Virus record (IMG/VR): IMGVR_UViG_3300026529_000001
Strand: one strand, 5' to 3'
Length of the DNA: 46,234 nt
Source: a virus
The notes under the pieces are model-generated. The model was not told the DNA's origin, did not search any database, and was given only the letters and a program-made list of their open reading frames with translations. The position numbers and the translations under genes were made by a program. This document shows positions 15,518 through 23,266 of the stretch, one piece after another. How positions within the stretch are numbered: position 1 is the stretch's first letter; every line of letters starts with the position of its first letter.

Positions 15518-15975
15518 CCCGAAATGGAGGTCAACTTTGCGGGCGTGCGGGTACGTCCGTTCCGCCCACCCGCCCCCGGGGGTACGGTGCCGGTCTGGGC
15601 GGGCAGGAGCGTCGGATCCAGGCCCCCGAACTCGATCCTGATGCGTGACGCCACAGCTACGCGCTCTGTCGGCCTGCCTCTCGTCCGATCGAGGACGTTC
15701 TCGGCCACACGCCTAGCGACGTCGATCAGCTTGGGGGACTTCTCAGCGCTGGCTGTAAGGCCCAAGGACAGGGCGCGCTCTTGGACGGCCATGCTGAGCA
15801 CCTGCTGCCCTTCGAGCCAGAGCTGGATGGCCTCAGGGGTGGCGACGGTACGTAACAAACGCCTGAACGCCCTCTGGTCGAACCCCTCCAGCATGGCGGT
15901 CGCCAGAAACTGCCTGAGGGAGGCGACATAGACAACTTCCTGGTCGGTAATGTCTCCGAGAAGGGCCTTTTTCAT
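15439..15975 (-). CDS. Hypothetical protein
   Basis: 178-aa ORF with ATG start. The C-terminal SIT/SIS repeats are encoded by the GTGATACTA motifs. Function unknown. Confidence 0.55.
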   Translation of the reverse strand: MKKALLGDITDQEVVYVASLRQFLATAMLEGFDQRAFRRLLRTVATPEAIQLWLEGQQVLSMAVQERALSLGLTASAEKSPKLIDVARRVAENVLDRTRGRPTERVAVASRIRIEFGGLDPTLLPAQTGTVPPGAGGRNGRTRTPAKLTSISGSITPDEDSITSGEESATSITPEGGK

Positions 15976-16051
15976 GGGGAAATGACGCCTGCGGCGCTAG
16001 TTTATCACACGCAGCGGAACAGGCTGGACGGTTGATACCAACCCGCCCACT

Positions 16052-16285
16052 TTATGCGGTCGTTTGGGCTGTTGTAACCGTTGGGGGCTTGAGGTATTCG
16101 GGCGGCCAACCGTTCCCTATTGACGAGTGGTATAAAACGTGATTAATCCCTACCGCAACGAGGTGAGCAACGGGTTTGCGTTCGAGCATAGCGAGTTGAT
16201 GAAGGCGATACCAGAGCATTTCCGGGATGCGGGTGTGGAGAACGCGGAGCGAACCGCGATGATGAGGAAACGCAGGTTTTCCCAT
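16052..16285 (-). CDS. Ribbon-helix-helix-like DNA-binding protein
   Basis: 77 aa. LHTRIPEMLWYRLHQLAMLERKPVAHLVAVGINHVL fits a beta-alpha-alpha RHH pattern. TGAATG junction with the upstream ORF. Confidence 0.5.
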   Translation of the reverse strand: MGKPAFPHHRGSLRVLHTRIPEMLWYRLHQLAMLERKPVAHLVAVGINHVLYHSSIGNGWPPEYLKPPTVTTAQTTA

Positions 16286-16555
16286 TCAGAACCGTTGATA
16301 CCACGGGACGAGCTTGGGTTCCTGCTTGTGGCGGCGTTTCCGTCCTCCCTGGGTGTTGGAGAGCGGGTAATCGAGGGCAAGGTGTGAGTGATCGGCGAAA
16401 CATTGGCCGGTTTGGATGTTGGCTGTGCCGTATTTGAGGGCAAGTCTGAGCCGGCGTTCCCAGGGGGCTTCGCCTTGGGCGCGGTTGACGAACCGCAGAA
16501 GGTCCGTAACGTCGCTGAAGAGAGCGGGATGAGGATCAGGTCGGGGTCGGGTCAA
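16286..16555 (-). CDS. Hypothetical protein (TTG start)
   Basis: The frame abuts the next gene (TGAATG). The only plausible start is a TTG overlapping the upstream TGA (TTGA) with GAAGGTG upstream. Confidence 0.35.
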   Translation of the reverse strand: MTRPRPDPHPALFSDVTDLLRFVNRAQGEAPWERRLRLALKYGTANIQTGQCFADHSHLALDYPLSNTQGGRKRRHKQEPKLVPWYQRF

Positions 16556-16800
16556 GGGACACCTTCTGGGGGCGGTTCTGTGGCTGTGGGATGATGATCC
16601 TGGGGGAAGGCCGGGATCCCTCTCCAACGGTCGGACGGTTCGTTCGGTTGGAGCCTGGTGATCCGGCGGTTGTAGGGCAGGCCGTCCTCGACCTTGATGC
16701 CGTAGTCGCGCTGGCAGCATTCGGTCGAGCAGTACGGGTCGTGGTCTCGTCGCGCTCGAAACGGGAGATAACACCCGCACCGCTTACAGCGATCGGTCAT
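16552..16800 (-). CDS. Small Cys-rich (zinc-binding-like) protein
   Basis: 82 aa beginning MTDRCKRCGCYLPF...DPYCSTECCQRDYG. Confidence 0.5.
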   Translation of the reverse strand: MTDRCKRCGCYLPFRARRDHDPYCSTECCQRDYGIKVEDGLPYNRRITRLQPNEPSDRWRGIPAFPQDHHPTATEPPPEGVP

Positions 16801-17344
16801 CGCGCGTCACCTGGGATTCGGCCGCAGCGTCCTGGTGTTTCCACTCATCCCCGACAAGGGTTTCGAGGTCTTTCTGCACCTTCACTACGACCGCCAACAA
16901 GGTCGAGAGGTTGCGGTTCGTCGATTCTTTCGCACGGGCGGCTTTGAGGCGGGCGATGCAGGTGCGGACGGTTGGTTCCCACATCACGTTGCGCCGGGCG
17001 ATCATCGCATCAACGGTACGACTGATTTCTTTGTCCCGCGCGATCATGTCCGCGCGGTGTTCTGGGGTGTCCAAGAAACTCGTCCCCTTGATCGGTTCAC
17101 CCTTCGGCGCGAGGTTCGGGAACGAGGGGAACGGTCGCTTGATTTCAGGATTCCGCGCGATCACATTCGGGAACGCGTCCGCAGTGGCCGTTACCGTATT
17201 CCCTTGAATCTCGATCGTATTGTCCGGCACCGTCACCATGCGCCGTCCCTCCCAATAATCTTGCCACCAACGATTTCGGTTCGACACATTCTCATTCATT
17301 TGTGCGACCAATGACAGTTCAATAGCAATTCGCGGTATGGTCAT
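16784..17344 (-). CDS. Hypothetical early protein
   Basis: 186-aa ORF with no recognisable motif. Confidence 0.55.
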   Translation of the reverse strand: MTIPRIAIELSLVAQMNENVSNRNRWWQDYWEGRRMVTVPDNTIEIQGNTVTATADAFPNVIARNPEIKRPFPSFPNLAPKGEPIKGTSFLDTPEHRADMIARDKEISRTVDAMIARRNVMWEPTVRTCIARLKAARAKESTNRNLSTLLAVVVKVQKDLETLVGDEWKHQDAAAESQVTRDDRSL

Positions 17345-17347
17345 CCC

Positions 17348-17569
17348 TCACCTCCGGAGCGCGTCTCGGCGTTGACTCTCGAGCGAGGGCGTGCGGTCGT
17401 CGGGGGAGCCGTCGAAATCTGTATCGTCGGAATCTTCGATGTCATCGGCGGATTGACACGTCAGACAATGTCGGCATCCACACTGTTCGTCAAATTCGTC
17501 GAGGATAATATCGTCAATGTCACCACCGCAATGGCAGACATAACCACAATCAGGACATGTATGTGCCAT
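17348..17569 (-). CDS. Small acidic Cys-rich protein
   Basis: 73 aa. Eight Cys in CxxC-type pairs and about 20 Asp/Glu (DDIEDSDDTDFDGSPDD). TAATG coupling. Confidence 0.55.
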   Translation of the reverse strand: MAHTCPDCGYVCHCGGDIDDIILDEFDEQCGCRHCLTCQSADDIEDSDDTDFDGSPDDRTPSLESQRRDALRR

Positions 17570-17949
17570 TATCCCGTCACCGTCGCTTTCTCCAGGCCCA
17601 TCGCCCGGCGGCGGAGCGATTCGAATTCTTCCTTACCCAACAGTTGCCGTACGAACTCATACCATTCGAACGGTCGATAGGTCCCATACAGATGCCCGCT
17701 CGCACATCCCGTCAGCGCATTCTCCAGCACGTACCGAAGATGCGGATACGCCTGTTTTCCGAAGATGTGGCAGCATTGCATACGCCCGCGACAGGGATTC
17801 GGATGGAGCATCGTGAGTTGACACTCCCAGTGGTCGCGTTCTTTCACCTGTCGCGCAAACACCGCATCCTTCGCCGCCTTCACGCGTCGAACCCGCAACG
17901 GCTTCTTCCGTTTGAGCGGCGTGGCGCGGCGGAGGGGGGAACGCTTCAT
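17569..17949 (-). CDS. Putative HNH/NinG-like nuclease
   Basis: 126 aa. Basic N-terminus (PLKRKKPLRVRR), then RDHWECQL...CRGRMQCCHIFGK...ENALTGCASGH, which resembles phage HNH-type nucleases. By eye only. Confidence 0.4.
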   Translation of the reverse strand: MKRSPLRRATPLKRKKPLRVRRVKAAKDAVFARQVKERDHWECQLTMLHPNPCRGRMQCCHIFGKQAYPHLRYVLENALTGCASGHLYGTYRPFEWYEFVRQLLGKEEFESLRRRAMGLEKATVTG

Positions 17950-18305
17950 AGCCCGAAATACGCTACGTCATCAACATCCAGCGTAAAGGTCACGTCTTTA
18001 TCCGTATTCATCAATGCCCGTATCCATCGTTCGAACCCTTCAGCATCACGTTTGTGGGCGTCTCGGCGATTCAACGCTTCGTTAACTTTCGTTTGCAAAC
18101 CAGTGTCGTACCGGAGAATCCGTTGCTTCCCTCCTGTGATCGGGACTTCCTCAACTTTCGCGGTTTGTCCCATCTCGGTATCCCATCGCGAATGTTTCTT
18201 CGCCCAGTCAGCTTCGTGTTCACGGTGATACTTCGCCTTGATACGTGCTGCCTTGAGCAATGCCTCTCGAGTAAACGTGAATGACCATTTCTCGCGTAGG
18301 CTCAT
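17946..18305 (-). CDS. Hypothetical early protein
   Basis: ATG at 18305 overlaps the upstream TGA (ATGA) and follows GGAGGG. 119 aa. Confidence 0.5.
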   Translation of the reverse strand: MSLREKWSFTFTREALLKAARIKAKYHREHEADWAKKHSRWDTEMGQTAKVEEVPITGGKQRILRYDTGLQTKVNEALNRRDAHKRDAEGFERWIRALMNTDKDVTFTLDVDDVAYFGL

Positions 18306-18499
18306 TTCTCGCCCTCCCTCGGCCACCGCGTCATCAGCAGGTTGATGAACTCCAGACAATCATGCGCCTGCGCCCCGCCCGGCCGGTCCTCCGTGCCGAT
18401 CAGCTCGCGGAGATACTGGAGACGCGCCTCGTCCGATTCCCCGGCCAACCGAGGCCGAGCCACCAACCGCTTGATCGAGGCGAAGGGGGCGTCCATCAA
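18302..18499 (-). CDS. Hypothetical small protein
   Basis: 65-aa ORF coupled on both sides. Confidence 0.45.
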   Translation of the reverse strand: MMDAPFASIKRLVARPRLAGESDEARLQYLRELIGTEDRPGGAQAHDCLEFINLLMTRWPREGEK

Positions 18500-19074
18500 T
18501 GAGCCAACCCTTTCTTCCGGAGTCGGTCTTGAATCTCTTTTCGTTCCCGCTCTTTCTGAGATGATAAAAACGGGTTAGGGGTTTCTCCCCCAGACCCCCG
18601 TTTCTCGTTTCTCGTTTCTCGTTTCTCGTATAACGATTCACGATTCACGACTAACGACTCACGATTCGAGCCCGCAACTTGCGGCGACTCGCGGAATTCT
18701 GCGGCAACCTGCGGCAACTCGCCGCGACTTGCGGCGGACTTCGCTCTAGGGCTTGGAAACTTTGGTTTTCCTCGGGGGGTCCGTTGATAGGCCGACCAAT
18801 TCACGAACCGGCCGTATCTTCTGCGCCTCACCGTGTACATGGAGATACCACGGACGGACACGAGCTGTGCAAGTGCGGACACAACCTGTGCACGGATGGC
18901 CTCATCCTGCCTCAGTGGGAAGCATTTGGCGCACACCACGGCCGGATCGGCATCAAACATACCCCAATCATCGGCGACAGCCGTCAGTCGCCACCACAGG
19001 CGCTCGGCGAAATCGGAGAGTTTGTTGAGGGACGGACTGGTCAGTGCGGACTCGCGGATGATACGACTCGGCAT
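18496..19074 (-). CDS. Putative replication initiator / replisome-organizer-like protein
   Basis: ATG at 19074 lies 5 nt after AGGAGGG. MPSRIIRESALTSPSLNKLSDFAERLWWRLTAVADDWGMFDADPAVVCAKCFP resembles the phage replisome-organizer N-terminus. The 3' half carries an iteron-like repeat array. Confidence 0.5.
   Translation of the reverse strand: MPSRIIRESALTSPSLNKLSDFAERLWWRLTAVADDWGMFDADPAVVCAKCFPLRQDEAIRAQVVSALAQLVSVRGISMYTVRRRRYGRFVNWSAYQRTPRGKPKFPSPRAKSAASRGELPQVAAEFRESPQVAGSNRESLVVNRESLYEKRETRNEKRGSGGETPNPFLSSQKERERKEIQDRLRKKGLAH
18598..18745. repeat. Iteron-like tandem repeat block (candidate replication origin)
   Basis: (TTTCTCG)x4 at 18601-18628. Five ACGA(T/C)T(C/A) heptamers at 18633-18667. 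Then about 7 copies of a 10-11-nt (c)aac(t/c)tgcgg-like unit to 18745. All lie inside the initiator-like ORF. Confidence 0.6.
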
Positions 19075-19184
19075 ATCTGCCCTCCTATCCAGGGCTACGG
19101 TCGAGGGGAGAGGGATAGGCTCTCCCCCCGCCGCGCTTGTAGTCGGAGACTCGTGCGCCGCCCCCGATACAAGAGACACATTCG

Positions 19185-19280
19185 TCATCGGCCGGCCATT
19201 TTCCTCTGCCACAGCTGGGCGCCCACCGCGAGCCAACCGGCCAGGGCGAGGAGGACGACCGCACCGAGGAAGAGGGTCAT
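19185..19280 (-). CDS. 31-aa single-TM peptide
   Basis: MTLFLGAVVLLALAGWLAVGAQLWQRKMAGR. The ATG overlaps the upstream TGA (ATGA). Below the ORF-track cutoff. Confidence 0.4.
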   Translation of the reverse strand: MTLFLGAVVLLALAGWLAVGAQLWQRKMAGR

Positions 19281-19597
19281 CGGGCGGGGTCCTTAGCTTG
19301 GTCGAGGGCCCGGCGAAGTTGATTGAACCATGCGATGTTGACGAGGATTTGTCCGTTAGGATCGGTATCCTCCTTGACCCGAAGCCAAATATCTCCAGAT
19401 TCCGCCGCCTCTTTGACCGCTTGGAGGCGTTCGATATGGAACACCACCTTGTCCAACGGGAGGGTTTCTTGGCCGTCTTTCCACGAGACGGTCACGGTTG
19501 GGGTCTTCACACGGACCAATTCCTCAAGCGCTGTCGCGACCCGATTACATGCACTCACAAGGGATTCAGCGTATTCCGAATCAAGAAATCCATTCAT
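19277..19597 (-). CDS. Hypothetical early protein
   Basis: 106-aa ORF with ATG start. Confidence 0.55.
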   Translation of the reverse strand: MNGFLDSEYAESLVSACNRVATALEELVRVKTPTVTVSWKDGQETLPLDKVVFHIERLQAVKEAAESGDIWLRVKEDTDPNGQILVNIAWFNQLRRALDQAKDPAR

Positions 19598-19610
19598 CGG
19601 GCGGGGTCCA

Positions 19611-19778
19611 TCACTTTACTCTCTCGCGTTCTTTATCCTCGAATTCATCCACAAGGTCTTCACGTCGGAATCGGTGTAGTTCGATCCTCTCTTCCCATGT
19701 CAATGCCCCTTTACGATCGAGAAATTCCAAGAACCGTCGTCGCTTCTCAGGCTTGTGTTCATATGGCGTGTCCATCAT
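19611..19778 (-). CDS. Hypothetical small charged protein
   Basis: ATG at 19778 overlaps the upstream TGA. 55 aa, Arg/Glu-rich. Confidence 0.45.
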   Translation of the reverse strand: MMDTPYEHKPEKRRRFLEFLDRKGALTWEERIELHRFRREDLVDEFEDKERERVK

Positions 19779-19990
19779 TTGACCACGAACTTCCACTCGA
19801 CATTGAGCGCGGTACAAACTTTGAGCAGATCAGGCACGCTGAGATGCTTCCCCTGCAGGAACCGACAAATCGTTGCTGGAGAGACACCCGCCTTCTTCGC
19901 AAAATCCCGCTGCGACATCGTGAGTTTCACAGGTCCCACCAAGGCCCGCAGGCGAGAGCGGACTCGATCAATATCGCCGTTCTCGTTCAC
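19775..19990 (-). CDS. XRE/Cro-type helix-turn-helix regulator
   Basis: 71 aa. MSQRDFAKKAGVSPATICRFLQGK is a canonical HTH_3 pattern. Confidence 0.7.
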   Translation of the reverse strand: MNENGDIDRVRSRLRALVGPVKLTMSQRDFAKKAGVSPATICRFLQGKHLSVPDLLKVCTALNVEWKFVVK

Positions 19991-20361
19991 CCTTTCGCCC
20001 CCTCGTCCCCGACCGGGGAGTCCAACGGGTCACCTTCAACGGTTTCTTTGGTCCAGTCGTATGTGCTGACGCGCCGTTCCGACAATAAATGCACGGCAAT
20101 GTGGTGGATGTTTCGGAGGATCACGTGACTTGGTCGGCCAGCGTCAGAGTCTTGCCCGCTCTCGTATCGGTCGTAGAAGGATTTGGTCAACTGAATGATA
20201 CGATCTAGTGTTTCGAGGAGATCGCGCAGGTCTTGGGGGGCGTGGCGCAGGAACTCGATGTCCAATGGAGATTGTGGGTCGCCGATGAACACGCTCCCGT
20301 CGTCCAACGGACGGACTCTCGCCGCCGCCAGTCGTTTCCGGAGAGACTCGATGCGGGTCAT
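19987..20361 (-). CDS. Hypothetical early protein
   Basis: 124-aa ORF coupled on both sides. Confidence 0.55.
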   Translation of the reverse strand: MTRIESLRKRLAAARVRPLDDGSVFIGDPQSPLDIEFLRHAPQDLRDLLETLDRIIQLTKSFYDRYESGQDSDAGRPSHVILRNIHHIAVHLLSERRVSTYDWTKETVEGDPLDSPVGDEGAKG

Positions 20362-20540
20362 GGCTTTAGGTGCTTTCTGAGTTCCGCGTTCACCTCACGA
20401 TCATGAATTTTCGCAACGCGGAATGAATACGCTTGACTGAGAACCTCTTTCGCAATACCCGACACACGTTGGTAAAATGCGTGAAATTGTTCATCCGTCA
20501 TCGCCTCAATCTTATTCGCGATGAAAGCGTCGATCTTCAT
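20358..20540 (-). CDS. Hypothetical small protein
   Basis: 60-aa helical ORF, coupled. Confidence 0.45.
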   Translation of the reverse strand: MKIDAFIANKIEAMTDEQFHAFYQRVSGIAKEVLSQAYSFRVAKIHDREVNAELRKHLKP

Positions 20541-20866
20541 CCCCCTACCTCCCCCACGATCGCCCGGTCGGCCCGCCAGATCTCGGCACGTTCCTGTTCA
20601 GTGCTTTCGGGAAGGATAGGCTTCTTGAACTCCGACCACCACGCGTCCGCTTTCGCGGTTGGGACGAACAGGCCGCGGCGAACCACGGGTCGAGTCAGGT
20701 ACCCCTTATCGAGGAGGATCAAGAGAGTCCGATAGACGGTATCGGTCGACGACTTCCCGACCATCTCGCACAACCGTCGAATCGACGGGACGCAGCGGTG
20801 CACATCCATCGACAGCATCACGACCGCTAACACTTGCTGTTGGCGGGCGGTAAGGGGGCGGATCAT
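20537..20866 (-). CDS. LexA-N-terminal-like winged-helix DNA-binding protein
   Basis: LTARQQQVLAVVM...PSIRRLCEMVGKSSTDTVYRTLLILLDKGYLTR matches the LexA DNA-binding-domain pattern. No peptidase domain. Confidence 0.55.
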   Translation of the reverse strand: MIRPLTARQQQVLAVVMLSMDVHRCVPSIRRLCEMVGKSSTDTVYRTLLILLDKGYLTRPVVRRGLFVPTAKADAWWSEFKKPILPESTEQERAEIWRADRAIVGEVGG

Positions 20867-21174
20867 GTTGCGTCACTCCAATTCCAGATTCGTTCCACTT
20901 CGTCGCCGTTCGGTTCGGCATCCTCCACAGGATTGTCATACACACCGTCGGGGTAGATGTCCTTGTACTCGCTCCGGCGTCCATCCGAAGACTCAACCCA
21001 CTCGATATAGTCCCAACTCCCCGCATCGTCGAACACGCAAATCTTCCACCCATTTGAAGCGATCCATTGTGGGTAGACAACCGTGATTGGAACAACAGGT
21101 GCAACCGTGATCCACCCGCGATTCACGGCTTTGAGAAAATCAGCGATTTCGTCGAGTGGAATCTTGCGTGTCAT
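20863..21174 (-). CDS. Hypothetical early protein
   Basis: 103-aa acidic Trp-rich ORF. Confidence 0.5.
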   Translation of the reverse strand: MTRKIPLDEIADFLKAVNRGWITVAPVVPITVVYPQWIASNGWKICVFDDAGSWDYIEWVESSDGRRSEYKDIYPDGVYDNPVEDAEPNGDEVERIWNWSDAT

Positions 21175-21512
21175 GCCCGGAAATGTGCTTTCAAGATTGC
21201 CAGGATCTCGGCAACCTGCCGGCTCAGGATCTCATAGCGCTCCTCTTGGGTCTGGCGCGCTTGCAGCCCATTGGGGGCTTGGGGGACGACTGGGACGGTC
21301 GCACGAGGATCAACGGCAAACACGACCGACACGTCCGGGAGGTTCCAGTACCCTTTCTTGTCCTTCGAGAGGTAGGAAGTCGGTACCTCACGGCCGACAC
21401 AGTTCGTCCATGTCGGGTCCCACGACGACACGGTGCGCCCGGACGCCTCGATCAGCACGTACGTTTTGCCGGTCGTCGTCTTCTTGGGCGTGACCCGGTC
21501 GATGGTGATCAT
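21171..21512 (-). CDS. Hypothetical early protein
   Basis: 113-aa ORF, coupled. Confidence 0.5.
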   Translation of the reverse strand: MITIDRVTPKKTTTGKTYVLIEASGRTVSSWDPTWTNCVGREVPTSYLSKDKKGYWNLPDVSVVFAVDPRATVPVVPQAPNGLQARQTQEERYEILSRQVAEILAILKAHFRA

Positions 21513-21724
21513 CGCTTCACCTCGCGCTTTTCCCTGAACAGTTCGATTCCCGGATCGGTCATGCGACTCAATTCAACGGGAAGTTGGCGTTCGTAACTTT
21601 TGATCGCCTCGATAAGGTAAGGACTGTTGTTGTCAAGTTGTATCGACATAGCACGGATCGCGTACAAGATGAGCGTGGCGTCTCTGCGGGAAAGGATCAA
21701 CGTAAGGTCGCTCGAATCGTTCAT
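21509..21724 (-). CDS. Hypothetical small protein
   Basis: 71-aa ORF, coupled. Confidence 0.45.
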   Translation of the reverse strand: MNDSSDLTLILSRRDATLILYAIRAMSIQLDNNSPYLIEAIKSYERQLPVELSRMTDPGIELFREKREVKR

Positions 21725-22437
21725 CGCTTCCCCTTTGTCGACCAGGCCCAGAGCGTTTTCGCCGCCAGGAACGCGTCGAAATCTCCTTCGAGCGTCTGGT
21801 ACACAAATGTTCCGTCATCCTTCAGCAATACCACCGCGCATTCCGCGACAGGAGGCATGGGGATCGGCTGATCTCCGTTCACATGGGGCAGAATGAAATC
21901 GCATCGGCGGTACGCTTCCATTTGCAGGGATGTTTCCGGATAGACTTGCCCTGCACTTGAACTCTTGTAGTCGATCAACCGGATCTGCTTGTCCGGGAAC
22001 GCGGCGATGAGGTCGGTCGTCCCGGCGTACTTGTACCGAGTCGAGTAGACGTTCGCTTCGGTGAAGAGGGGTGTGGGTTTGGTCTGCGCGACCCATGAGG
22101 CGAAGGCTTGAACATACCCACGATATTGCTCGGGGACTGTTGCGACATCAATACCAGCCCCGCGACCCAAGGCTTCCGCCACTGAGTGGATGACAGAACC
22201 ACGGTCAGCAGCTTTATCTCTCGTTGCGTAAATGCCCGCAGCGGCTTTTTCCACGGAATCATACGTATCAGGGTCGGAAAGGACGAGTCCAGCCGCCGTC
22301 TTCGCCGCCCAATGGATGAGGGCCCGCTTGTTGATGACCGAGAGGACTTCCGTGACCGCGACATACTTCTCTCCTTCGAGCCAGTAATGACCATCGCGCT
22401 TCCGGACCGCCCGGACGCGCTCGGCGGCGAGGCTCAT
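21721..22437 (-). CDS. PD-(D/E)XK family nuclease (Cas4/RecB-like exonuclease)
   Basis: GTTDLIAAF...IRLIDYKSS...QMEAY matches the D...(D/E)xK...QxxxY motif series. Confidence 0.65.
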   Translation of the reverse strand: MSLAAERVRAVRKRDGHYWLEGEKYVAVTEVLSVINKRALIHWAAKTAAGLVLSDPDTYDSVEKAAAGIYATRDKAADRGSVIHSVAEALGRGAGIDVATVPEQYRGYVQAFASWVAQTKPTPLFTEANVYSTRYKYAGTTDLIAAFPDKQIRLIDYKSSSAGQVYPETSLQMEAYRRCDFILPHVNGDQPIPMPPVAECAVVLLKDDGTFVYQTLEGDFDAFLAAKTLWAWSTKGKR

Positions 22438-22652
22438 CGGTGTGCTTTCTGGTCAAACACGCTGAGTGCCGCCATCACCGTATCGAGTTGGTGTGCGAGA
22501 CGATCACGTTCCACGGTCAGAAGTCGGACTAACTCTGTGCCGTTCGCGGTCGTATGAAGATTCTTAACTTGCTTATTCGCCGCTGCCACCAAGGTCACGA
22601 TCCCCTTGGCATGACTTGCCTTGCGCGGATACACTCCTTTTGGCATCTCCAT
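22434..22652 (-). CDS. Hypothetical small protein (first clear gene of the leftward early operon)
   Basis: 72 aa. ATG follows AAGGGGGG. Confidence 0.5.
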   Translation of the reverse strand: MEMPKGVYPRKASHAKGIVTLVAAANKQVKNLHTTANGTELVRLLTVERDRLAHQLDTVMAALSVFDQKAHR

Positions 22653-22664
22653 CCCCCCTTCAGA

Positions 22665-22973
22665 TTATGGCACCCTCCCCGTGGGGACCGTCACATGCTC
22701 CATCGCCCGGACGCTCAAGAACGTGTCTCCTGTAACCGATGGGTATTTGAGGAACCCGTCCCGGACGAGTTGTTCGACGAGGAGACAGCCTTGGATCACA
22801 TCAGTGCGGAGTTCGCGTTCGAGCGCGCCGCGGATTTCCAGTTCCACGAGGTACCTGATTGTGACTCCCCCCTTCCCTACGAACGCTTGTTTATTACGGT
22901 AGCATGGATTGACTATCGTGTCAAGATAGATTATGATCGTGGTAACAGTGAGAATGGAGGCTACAAGTGGCAA
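22665..22973 (-). CDS. Possible small regulator-like ORF (start unresolved)
   Basis: The C-terminal 60 aa (ELEIRGALERELRTDVIQGCLLVEQLVRDGFLKYP...) look protein-like. A codon-aligned antisense plus ORF (22554..23099) is equally open. No good start/SD pair. Confidence 0.25.
   Translation of the reverse strand: MPLVASILTVTTIIIYLDTIVNPCYRNKQAFVGKGGVTIRYLVELEIRGALERELRTDVIQGCLLVEQLVRDGFLKYPSVTGDTFLSVRAMEHVTVPTGRVP
22896..22924 (-). promoter_or_regulatory. Candidate leftward sigma70-type promoter
   Basis: On the minus strand: TTGACA (22919-22924), 17-nt spacer, TACCGT (22896-22901). Confidence 0.4.
22909..22937 (+). promoter_or_regulatory. Candidate rightward sigma70-type promoter
   Basis: TTGACT (22909-22914), 17-nt spacer, TATGAT (22932-22937), about 30 nt upstream of the GTG at 22967 with its GGAGG SD. 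Confidence 0.5.
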
Positions 22974-23260
22974 AACTCACACAAGCAGAACGAGAAACGA
23001 CGATTCAATGGTCAGAAGCGGACCGTGTGGCTCATGTTTTCTCGTCTAGCAGGCATATTGCTGCTCGGATTGCAAAGATCAGGGGCGGGAAACAGGTGAG
23101 TGTGAGTAAGGGTCCGGCCGGGGAGTGGTGGGGCGAGGAATGGGAGCTCCCCATTCCATGCGTCATGCCGAGGCAGAAACGACAGGGACGGGTGCTAAGT
23201 CCTGCGGAGATCGAGCGGTTGCAGAAACATCGTGTGGAACGAGGGAAACGGACGACCTAG
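22967..23260 (+). CDS. Hypothetical protein (the only non-endonuclease plus-strand gene)
   Basis: 97 aa. GTG start lies 6 nt after GGAGG. MAKLTQAERETTIQWSEADRVAHVFSSSRHIAARIAKIRG... Convergent with the end of the late operon. Confidence 0.6.
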   Translation: MAKLTQAERETTIQWSEADRVAHVFSSSRHIAARIAKIRGGKQVSVSKGPAGEWWGEEWELPIPCVMPRQKRQGRVLSPAEIERLQKHRVERGKRTT

Positions 23261-23266
23261 GGCGTT

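Noticed and set aside
18598-18745. CRISPR array
   Set aside because: The units are 7-11 nt and directly abutting, with no spacers. They lie inside a coding sequence. An iteron-like interpretation is preferred.
19104-19126. GGGGAGAG-N7-CTCTCCCC hairpin as a transcription terminator upstream of the initiator-like gene
   Set aside because: No U-run follows on the transcribed (minus) strand. It may be regulatory, but that cannot be shown from sequence alone.
18833-20128. 431-aa plus-strand ORF antisense to the early genes. Similar long plus ORFs lie at 8621..9421, 10454..11443, 12514..13017, 41925..42668 and 42584..43693.
   Set aside because: All are Arg/Pro/Ser-rich with no recognisable motifs. 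They lie antisense to well-supported genes (portal, scaffold, TerL, HTH and others). They are interpreted as antisense open frames of a G+C-rich genome.
22554-23099. 181-aa plus-strand ORF across the control region
   Set aside because: It is the codon-aligned antisense of the minus ORF 22665..22973. It also overlaps the better-supported 97-aa gene in another frame. Neither long ORF has a convincing start, so only the minus one is listed, at low confidence.
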